Origin: Bacteroidia bacterium | Lineage (GTDB): Bacteria > Bacteroidota > Bacteroidia > M30B66 | Assembly (NCBI GenBank): GCA_965279035.1 | Contig: OZ257142.1 | Coordinates: 3,968,001 to 4,032,000 of the forward strand | Direction: 5' to 3' | Length of the DNA stretch: 64,000 nt | Part shown: in pieces, positions 56,958 through 64,000 of the stretch | Position numbering within the stretch: position 1 is the stretch's first letter | How the letters are laid out: every line of letters begins with the position of its first letter | Position numbers and translations under genes: made by a program | The notes under the pieces: model-generated | What the model was told of the DNA's origin: nothing | Databases searched by the model: none | Seen by the model: only the letters and a program-made list of their open reading frames with translations

Positions 56958-57890
56958 ATGATTACGATCTTCAAAACCGCAAACCGCAGACTGGAAGAAA
57001 TTCAGAAGCCGGAGCCCGGTTGCTGGGTAAACGTTGTAGACCCGAGTGACGAAGAGCTCGCTTGGCTTATCAAGGAATTTCCTTGGGCTGAAGAATACCA
57101 CCTCGACCCTTTAGATATTGACGAAAAAGCCCGCGCCGAACGCGACGAGGATGTGCTTTTTACCTTGATAAAAATCCCGCATTTTCAAGGTAAGAAAGAC
57201 GAAGCTCCCTTTGTAACCATCCCCATGGGTGTGATTCAAAACAACGATTACTTTATCACCATTACCAAGGAAGATAATGTGATTGTGAATGAGTTTGAGA
57301 ATAACCGGGTGAAGAATCTCCAAACGCAGAAACATTATCGCTTTTTGCTTTTGATTCTTCTCAAAACGGCTACGAAATTTCTAGCTCACCTCCGCGAAAT
57401 CAACAAAACAGTCGACCAAATTGAGGACGATTTGCAGCTCAGCATGCGGAATCAGGATATTTTCGATTTGTTGAAATATCAGAAAGTACTCATCTACTAC
57501 ACCACGGCTTTGAAGTCGAACGAGTTGATGATGGCGCGTTTGAATCGATTGCAGTTGTTACGCACTTATGAAGAAGATGAAGAGTTGTTTCAGGATGTTG
57601 TGACCGAATTCCAACAGGCCATTGAGATGACCAACATTGCCAATAACATCTTGTTGCAGATGACTTCGGCTTATGCCAGTATCATCAATAACAACATGAA
57701 TAAAATCATCAAAACCCTGACGCTGATTACGATTGTGCTATATGTACCGACCTTGATTTCAAGCTTTTTTGGGATGAATGTGATTATTCCCGGACAAACA
57801 TCGGGATCGGCCTTTGCCTGGATTTTAGGAATTTCGCTCACTTTGAGTGCGACTATCCTGTTTATCTTTATGCGTAGACGTTGGTTTTAA
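56958..57890 (+). CDS. corA: CorA family Mg2+/Co2+ transporter
   Basis: WVNVVDP, DPLDIDEKAR, NNNMNKIIK, FFGMNV signature, two C-terminal TM helices. Confidence 0.92.
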   Translation: MITIFKTANRRLEEIQKPEPGCWVNVVDPSDEELAWLIKEFPWAEEYHLDPLDIDEKARAERDEDVLFTLIKIPHFQGKKDEAPFVTIPMGVIQNNDYFITITKEDNVIVNEFENNRVKNLQTQKHYRFLLLILLKTATKFLAHLREINKTVDQIEDDLQLSMRNQDIFDLLKYQKVLIYYTTALKSNELMMARLNRLQLLRTYEEDEELFQDVVTEFQQAIEMTNIANNILLQMTSAYASIINNNMNKIIKTLTLITIVLYVPTLISSFFGMNVIIPGQTSGSAFAWILGISLTLSATILFIFMRRRWF

Positions 57891-58987
57891 TGCAAGGACG
57901 CTATTTCCAGGAAGGATTAAATGAAACACTGGTTGAAGTAGAGATTAAACCTCAACTTCTCCGATTTCAATCGGGTTCTAAACTAAAAGAACTGCGCGTC
58001 TCTGATATTATCGAAGTAAGTTATCCCGGAAAGAATCGCGCATTAGTAAGTTTTCAAGGTGGATCACTTTTGCTCGAAGCACCCAATATTCAAGGAACAC
58101 TTCGTCATTTCTTAGGAAGTTTTAACGAGAAAGTAAGTATTGCTGATCGCTGGAAAGGTCGTGGTTTATGGATTTTGCTCATTGTTGGAAGCAGCTTTAT
58201 TGGAATTCTGCTATTGGCGTATTTCCTATTGCTTCCTTGGTTAGCTGATCAAGCGGCGATTCATTTTCCCAAGGATCAGGAAATTGCATTAGGCAAAGAA
58301 CTCAAAGCCAGTTACCTCTCAACTGAACGGATTGATAGCTCTAAAACCAAACTGCTAAACGATTTTGCCAGCCAACTCGATTTGGGAAAGGATTTCCCCA
58401 GTGATTACACGGTGGTAGATGCCGATATCGTGAATGCCTATGCCTTGCCGGGTGGACCGATTGTGGTGTATTCGGGTATTATCAATCGCATGGAAAATTG
58501 GCAAGAACTTGCTGGCTTGCTTGCCCACGAAAGAACCCATGTATTACGCCATCATTCAACACGAAGTCTTTTTAGAAATGCATCGGGCGTTTTGATGCTT
58601 CAATTGGTTTTGGGCGATGCTTCTTCTACACTCAACCTGTTTGCACAACAAGGACAGCAATTGCAACAACTCGCCTACTCGCGCGACTTAGAGCTCGAAG
58701 CCGACCGCGAAGGATTGCAGCTTTTGGTGAAAAATCACATCAATCCCCAAGGCATGATAAGCCTTTTGGAAAAGTTGAAAAAAGAAAGCAGCAGCTCCGA
58801 ATTTCCCGAATTCCTAAGCACACATCCTCTTCCCGATTCTCGACTAGATGCCTTGAAAAAATTAGTCGACGAACATCCCGAAAAAGATTCGAATCCAAGG
58901 CTCGACTCGATTTGGCTGCGTTTGAAAAATCCTTCCCCTTCCCCTTCCCCTTCGACAAGCTCAGGGGGCGGTGGTGGGGAATTCTAG
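57890..58987 (+). CDS. M48 family zinc metallopeptidase
   Basis: VNAYALPGG, LAHERTH (HExxH), YSRDLELEAD, FLSTHP; TAATG coupling to corA. Confidence 0.9.
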   Translation: MQGRYFQEGLNETLVEVEIKPQLLRFQSGSKLKELRVSDIIEVSYPGKNRALVSFQGGSLLLEAPNIQGTLRHFLGSFNEKVSIADRWKGRGLWILLIVGSSFIGILLLAYFLLLPWLADQAAIHFPKDQEIALGKELKASYLSTERIDSSKTKLLNDFASQLDLGKDFPSDYTVVDADIVNAYALPGGPIVVYSGIINRMENWQELAGLLAHERTHVLRHHSTRSLFRNASGVLMLQLVLGDASSTLNLFAQQGQQLQQLAYSRDLELEADREGLQLLVKNHINPQGMISLLEKLKKESSSSEFPEFLSTHPLPDSRLDALKKLVDEHPEKDSNPRLDSIWLRLKNPSPSPSPSTSSGGGGGEF

Positions 58988-59094
58988 GATATTGATGGGT
59001 GCGACTCGTCGCCTGAGCCTGTCGAAGGGGGCGGTGGTGGGGAATTCTAGGATATTGATGGGTGCGACTCGCCCCCTGAGCCTGTCGAAGGGGG
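58947..59094. repeat. CCCTTCGACA(A/G)GCTCAGG repeat cluster (one forward, two inverted copies; 62-bp tandem unit)
   Basis: CCCCTTCGACAAGCTCAGGGGGCG from 58947; CCTGAGCCTGTCGAAGGGG near 59012 and 59075; GGGGCGGTGGTGGGGAATTCTAGGATATTGATGGGTGCGACTCG duplicated. Confidence 0.9.
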
Positions 59095-59886
59095 CTAGCG
59101 TTCTAGAATATAATACGCCGTAGTACTCACAAAATCTCGAAACCAAGGAATCCAAGTAATAGGTGCAAACTGCGGACGTGGAGTCCATTTAAATTTAAAA
59201 CGGTAGATGGGATTGATGAGATACAATCGACGATGATGGATGGTATATCCCGTTTTTTTGAGGATGTATTCAAAACGGTTGATGGAAATACGGGTATCGT
59301 AAATTTCTAACAGCGAATCGATTGTAGCTTGTGGTTCACCTACTTTTCGTAAAAAGCGCTCGTACATCGACCGAGGTAAAAGGTGCATCCACGGCATTTG
59401 ACCTTTTTTAGTAGTCGATGTTTGCTGATGTCCGCCAAAAGGCATTCTCCACGGTGGAAAGGCGAAGAATAATTTCCCTCCTTCTTTCAAATAGACTGGC
59501 AATTGAGCCATGACTTTTTCCTGATCGGGAATGTGTTCGATGGTGTCTTTGAGGATGATCAAATCAAACTTTCCACGAAAAGCATCCATGGTCGATTGAT
59601 CATAAATATCGGCTGAGAATAATTGAAGTTTCCCCGATGCAATATCTTCTTCTTGAAGCGCTTTGCCGTTTTCTATCTTAGAAGTAGACAAATCCATTCC
59701 TGTGCAACGACAGCCTTTTTCGGTAAATGCTTTTAAAACTCCCCCTTCGCCACAGCCAATTTCTAGTACAACCATGTTCTCTTTCCAGCCACCATTCTTC
59801 TCCAAATAGGGAATGATGTAGTCGCGTGTGACTAAATACTGATGTTGAAACTTAAGTGGCGCATTGCCATGAAAATAGAGAGCCAT
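59095..59886 (-). CDS. Class I SAM-dependent methyltransferase
   Basis: VLEIGCGEGG, GMDLS, FDLIILKDTIEHI, LKEGG, FPPWRMPFGGHQQ. Confidence 0.9.
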   Translation of the reverse strand: MALYFHGNAPLKFQHQYLVTRDYIIPYLEKNGGWKENMVVLEIGCGEGGVLKAFTEKGCRCTGMDLSTSKIENGKALQEEDIASGKLQLFSADIYDQSTMDAFRGKFDLIILKDTIEHIPDQEKVMAQLPVYLKEGGKLFFAFPPWRMPFGGHQQTSTTKKGQMPWMHLLPRSMYERFLRKVGEPQATIDSLLEIYDTRISINRFEYILKKTGYTIHHRRLYLINPIYRFKFKWTPRPQFAPITWIPWFRDFVSTTAYYILER

Positions 59887-60025
59887 AGTGGAAAATCGGG
59901 ACCGAAGATAGGAGGAATTTGAGCGAGAATGCTAAAATCAAATTCAATCAAAATCGTTGAATGAGCAGCACTTGATTTTAGAAATTGGATACGTTTTCAA
60001 TCTGAGAAATGAGGAACGAATCGAT

Positions 60026-60059
60026 AAAAGAAAAGCCCTAGAGGATTTCTAGGGCTTTT
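60026..60059 (-). terminator. Intrinsic terminator of efp
   Basis: AAAAGCCCTAGA-GGATT-TCTAGGGCTTTT with an A-rich run on the + strand. Confidence 0.8.
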
Positions 60060-60082
60060 GATTTTATAGGTTGAAGCATGAA

Positions 60083-60643
60083 TTACTTCACGCGTTCCAT
60101 GTATTCGCCGGTGCGGGTATCTACTTTGATTTTTTCTCCAATGTTGATGAAAAGTGGAATGTTGATCGTTGCTCCTGTTTCGAGCGTTGCTGGCTTTAAG
60201 GTTTTGGTTGCAGTATCGCCTTTTACGCCAGGCTCTGTGTACGTAACTTCCAATTCAACCGAACGAGGTGCTTCAGCATAAATCACACTGTCCCCTTCGA
60301 AAGCCACATTCACTTCCATGTTTTCTTTCATGAATTTGGCGCTATCACCAAAAAGAATCTCTTCGATATACACTTGTTCGTAGGTATCATTTTCCATACA
60401 AACGAAGTTGTTTCCTTCTTTATATAAGTATTGAAGCGGGCGCATTTCAACACGAACCACTTCAATTTCTTCTCCTGAACGATATCGGTTTTCGGCCAGT
60501 TTACCATTTTTAATGTTGCGCATTTTTGCTTGGTAAAATGCACGTAGGTTTCCCGGTGTACGATGTTGCCATTCAATGATTACGCATAATTCACCATTGT
60601 AGCGAATAAAAGTACCAACCGAAACGTCTTGTGTAGTAGCCAT
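60083..60643 (-). CDS. efp: Elongation factor P (PGNL loop variant)
   Basis: HRTPGNLRAF, QYLY, PGVKGDT, KPATLETG, PLFI..GE.I.VDTRTGEY..R; TACCTTTG box at 60663-60670 (- strand). Confidence 0.95.
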   Translation of the reverse strand: MATTQDVSVGTFIRYNGELCVIIEWQHRTPGNLRAFYQAKMRNIKNGKLAENRYRSGEEIEVVRVEMRPLQYLYKEGNNFVCMENDTYEQVYIEEILFGDSAKFMKENMEVNVAFEGDSVIYAEAPRSVELEVTYTEPGVKGDTATKTLKPATLETGATINIPLFINIGEKIKVDTRTGEYMERVK

Positions 60644-60719
60644 ATACTGATTTTAACGGCGGCAAAGGTATGAAAATCCCGCGCTGAGAAATACAATCAC
60701 ACATTTCAGAAAAAATCTT

Positions 60720-61484
60720 TCAGGAAACACGACTCGTATGCTCAAGCATACAATCGCTCAATTGCAGCAATAAAGAAGGATTCTTTTCCAATACATTTCC
60801 TACTACTACCAAATCAGCTCCGGCACGAATTGCATTTCGTAATTTCTCTTCTGTCGTAATTCCACCGCCTACAATTAACGGAATGTTTAACTGTGATCGA
60901 ACTGCCCGAATCATCTCCACAGGAACAGGAATTTCGGCTCCACTGCCCGCTTCAAGATAGATCATCTTCATTCCTAAAAATTGTCCGGCTAATGCTGTTG
61001 CTACTGCGATATCGCTTTTGTCTCTAGGTAATGGCATCGTGTGACTCATATAAGCAACCGATGTAATCTTCCCACTTTCAACCAACATGTAACCTGTAGG
61101 AATAATTTCCAATCCACTGCGCAACAAAGCTGGAGCTGCTGCTACATGTTTTCCAATCAACAATTCTGGATTACGCCCTGAAATCAGCGATAAAAGCAAC
61201 AAAGCATCGGCTTCTGCCGAAATCTGAAGCTCATTCCCAGGAAAAAGAATCACCGGTTTTTCTTGTGATTTTTTGAGCTGAGAAACTGTTTGTGCAAAAG
61301 CATCTGGGCGACTAGTACTTCCCCCGACAAAGAAAAAATCGACTGCACAACGAGCTGCAATCCGGAGCAGTTCATCCAACGCAGAACCTTGCATTTTTCC
61401 TGGATCAATCAAAACAGCCAACATAGGTCGACCTGTTGAACGAATCTGATGAATTGATTGAAGTTGGGTACCCGATTGAATCAT
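60720..61484 (-). CDS. Geranylgeranylglyceryl/heptaprenylglyceryl phosphate synthase (PcrB family)
   Basis: LIDPGK, VGGST, ILFPG, SLISGRNPELLIG, PTGY, IYLEAGSGA, IVGGGI, VVGN. Confidence 0.92.
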   Translation of the reverse strand: MIQSGTQLQSIHQIRSTGRPMLAVLIDPGKMQGSALDELLRIAARCAVDFFFVGGSTSRPDAFAQTVSQLKKSQEKPVILFPGNELQISAEADALLLLSLISGRNPELLIGKHVAAAPALLRSGLEIIPTGYMLVESGKITSVAYMSHTMPLPRDKSDIAVATALAGQFLGMKMIYLEAGSGAEIPVPVEMIRAVRSQLNIPLIVGGGITTEEKLRNAIRAGADLVVVGNVLEKNPSLLLQLSDCMLEHTSRVS

Positions 61485-61855
61485 TGCTCAAATATACAAT
61501 TCAGATTTTGCTTCTTCTGCTTGAGAACTCTCCAAACTTTTTTTCTCCGAAGAAAGATATTTCTGTAACCCTGTAGACGAATGCCAATAAGCTCTTTCGA
61601 CTTACATGATTTTTCCTGTTGAATATTCGAGCACATACGAATCATTCTTCGACTGAATAAGGCTTTCGAGCCATTTCCATTTTCTCCCATTTCGAAATCA
61701 AGATTATTTCTTACACCTGTCAGCATTGCGTGTATTGCACGCCAGTCGTGGGATTGAGACGAATTTACTTTGTAATGGCAAATAGTGTGAACAATTCAAC
61801 CCTTCACCCAAAACCAATTATGAAACGAAAACTACGCTGAACAATCCGGTCGATT

Positions 61856-64000
61856 ATGAGACAATGGCGAACTATCATTTGGGTTTTACTGCTGCTTGTA
61901 TGCGGAGCAGAGACTGCATGGTCTCAGCTTGTCACAACGGGTAGTGGATCTGTTTCGGCCAATGCGCTTGTCAATAACATCATTGGTTCAGGAGTAACGT
62001 TTAGTAATGCATCCTACACAGGAAAGCCAGTAGCGGCAGGAACATTTAACGGAGTTAGTTCGAATATTGGATTACCAAGTGGAGTAATTATTACATCTGG
62101 TCACATTAACGTAGCTCCCGGACCGAACAACAATGGTGGAGCAACATTCAGTAATAATGGACCCAATATTCCCGAACTCGAAGTCTTAGCGAATTCTACT
62201 ACTTACGACGGTGCTATTTTGGAATTCGATTTTATTCCCCAAAGCAATTTCATCAGTTTCCGTTATGTGTTTGCTTCAGAAGAATACAATGAATATGTGT
62301 GTTCCGAATTCAACGATGCCTTCGCATTCTATATCACAGGTCCTGGAATTACTGGATCAGAAAATCTTGCCGTAGTTCCTTCAACAACGACTCCGGTAAC
62401 AATCAATACCATTAATAACGGAACCGTTGGATCGCTTGGTAGCATTACCAATTCCCCGTGTATCCTTGGAAACTCATCCTATTTTGTAGGCAATAACCAA
62501 AATACGGTTCAGTACGATGGCTTTACAACGGTACTAACTGCCCAAAGAACTGTTATTCCTTGTCAGACCTATCACATCAAATTAATGATTGCCGATGGTG
62601 CTGATGATATTTTCGATTCAGCCGTATTCCTCGAAGAAAATTCATTCAACTCCGCAACGTATACTGTTTCTGTTTCTACCTTCTTCAGCGATTCCACAGT
62701 ATATGAAGGCTGTACCGATGCAACGGTAACGTTCAGTCGCCCCAATGCTGATCCAACTCCGCTTACCATTACGTATGGAGTTACTGGAACAGCAACATCT
62801 GGAACAGATTACGTAGCACTTCCAGGCACGATCACCATTCCAGCAGGACAATCTTCTGTATCACTTACCATTAGCGGTATTGCCGATGGTATTACCGAAG
62901 GAAGTGAAACCATTATCATCAATGCCAATACACCCTGTGGCACCATTCCCGAAGTCATCTTTCTGAATGAAAAACCACCTGTTACCGTCTTTGTTCCTAA
63001 CGTTTCAATTTGCAATGGACTTGGTCCTGTAACGCTCAATGCAACTGCAAGTGGGGGAATTCCACCTTATACTTATAGCTGGAATACTGGTGAAACAACT
63101 TCATCCATCAGTGTCAATCCGGCTTCCACAACGGTATATACTGTTACAGCAACCGATTTTTGTGGCACTTCCGGACAAGCTCAACCAGTGGTTGATATTG
63201 CAACTATTCCTACTGCTTCGATCAGTGCTCCACCTTTTGTTTGTAGTGGAGTTCAAGTTCCCGTAACGTATACTGGAACGGCATCGCCATCAGCAACCTA
63301 TATTTGGGATTTCGATAATCCATCGGGAGTTTCGAGTGGTTCTAGTCAAGGTCCGTATCAAATTACTTGGGATTCGTCAGGCATTAAAACCATCTCATTG
63401 CAAGTGATCGCTAATGGTTGTAGCAGTAATGTTGTTACTACGCAAGTGCTCGTCAATCCTACTCCAACGGCAGATTTTGTAGTCGATCCGATTGTCTGTT
63501 CAGGACAAACTGCAACAGTTACTTATACTGGAACAGGTACCGATGGTGGTGGTTACGGTTGGGGATTTCCCGGAGGTGTAATTATCACAGGTGGACGACG
63601 TGGTCCATTTGAAATCCGTTGGGATTCGGTAGGCGTTTATGGAGTGACCGTTACGGTTACAGAAAATGGATGTACATCACCGGGAAATGAAGTATTTGTG
63701 AATGTACTTCCAACACCAACATCCGATTTCACAGCAGAAACTCCCGTTTGCGTAGGTGATCCATCAACCATTCAATATTTAGGATCGGCTTCATCAACTG
63801 CTACATACAATTGGAATTTCGCAGGAGGAATAACACAAAGTGGCGCTGGTGTTGGTCCGTATGAAGTTTCTTGGAACAATTCAGGAACTAAAGACATATT
63901 TCTTTCCATCACCGAAGCAGGTTGTACAAGCGATATTACAACGCATCAAGTAGTTGTAAACAGCATTCCTACAGCCAATTTCAATGTTGCATCACCGGTT
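61856..64000 (+). CDS. Large surface protein: choice-of-anchor L domain, Calx-beta, PKD/Ig-like repeats (truncated by window end)
   Basis: Absent from the ORF track because it has no stop; MRQWRTIIWVLLLLVCGAETAWSQ signal; LEFDFIP...FRYVFASEEYNEYVCSEFNDAFAF...YDGFT; GTATSGTDY...DGITEGSET; repeated WDF/WNF...GPY..W...G.K units; 715 codons to 64000. Confidence 0.9.
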   Translation, partial: MRQWRTIIWVLLLLVCGAETAWSQLVTTGSGSVSANALVNNIIGSGVTFSNASYTGKPVAAGTFNGVSSNIGLPSGVIITSGHINVAPGPNNNGGATFSNNGPNIPELEVLANSTTYDGAILEFDFIPQSNFISFRYVFASEEYNEYVCSEFNDAFAFYITGPGITGSENLAVVPSTTTPVTINTINNGTVGSLGSITNSPCILGNSSYFVGNNQNTVQYDGFTTVLTAQRTVIPCQTYHIKLMIADGADDIFDSAVFLEENSFNSATYTVSVSTFFSDSTVYEGCTDATVTFSRPNADPTPLTITYGVTGTATSGTDYVALPGTITIPAGQSSVSLTISGIADGITEGSETIIINANTPCGTIPEVIFLNEKPPVTVFVPNVSICNGLGPVTLNATASGGIPPYTYSWNTGETTSSISVNPASTTVYTVTATDFCGTSGQAQPVVDIATIPTASISAPPFVCSGVQVPVTYTGTASPSATYIWDFDNPSGVSSGSSQGPYQITWDSSGIKTISLQVIANGCSSNVVTTQVLVNPTPTADFVVDPIVCSGQTATVTYTGTGTDGGGYGWGFPGGVIITGGRRGPFEIRWDSVGVYGVTVTVTENGCTSPGNEVFVNVLPTPTSDFTAETPVCVGDPSTIQYLGSASSTATYNWNFAGGITQSGAGVGPYEVSWNNSGTKDIFLSITEAGCTSDITTHQVVVNSIPTANFNVASPV

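Noticed and set aside
61481-61726. 81-aa - strand ORF upstream of the GGGP synthase gene
   Set aside because: No recognisable motifs; lies in a divergent promoter region; cannot be supported without homologues
61838-61840. Selenocysteine or genetic-code reassignment of TGA
   Set aside because: The position is in a signal-peptide region, no SECIS-like hairpin is evident, and TGA terminates many ordinary genes here (e.g. polA)

Overview
64 kb of a Bacteroidota chromosome, inferred from several T9SS C-terminal sorting domains, TAnnTT(T/C)G promoter boxes and a TonB-dependent receptor/DUF4249 pair. Housekeeping genes (polA, rseP, dxr, glyA, fahA, cinA, efp, fused E1 alpha/beta dehydrogenase, corA, GGGP/HepGP synthase) are interleaved with accessory material. 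That material includes two toxin-antitoxin modules (MNT-HEPN and DUF1778-GNAT) and a cluster of secreted proteins: a GH5, a five-GEVED protein and a lysyl-oxidase-domain protein with intact Cu/LTQ residues. A ~13.6 kb block of co-oriented genes sits between the usually adjacent dxr and rseP. It holds a Cada2-like Ada regulator, AlkB, a SWIM-SNF2 ATPase, and an AAA_14/DUF4143 ATPase split by a complete IS4-family element (20-bp TIRs, 9-bp TSD). That ATPase is preceded by a long palindrome and a diverged duplicate of the 5' end of the downstream GDSL gene. The window also has five small lipoprotein genes and a large choice-of-anchor-L surface protein truncated by the window end. Intergenic DNA holds about 16 copies of a 20-bp GTAG-type REP-like hairpin with compensatory substitutions, mostly in locus-specific direct tandem arrays, plus two other structured repeat families. 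I found no rRNA, tRNA, CRISPR array, cas gene or integrase. All family calls come from motif recognition by eye; no searches were run.
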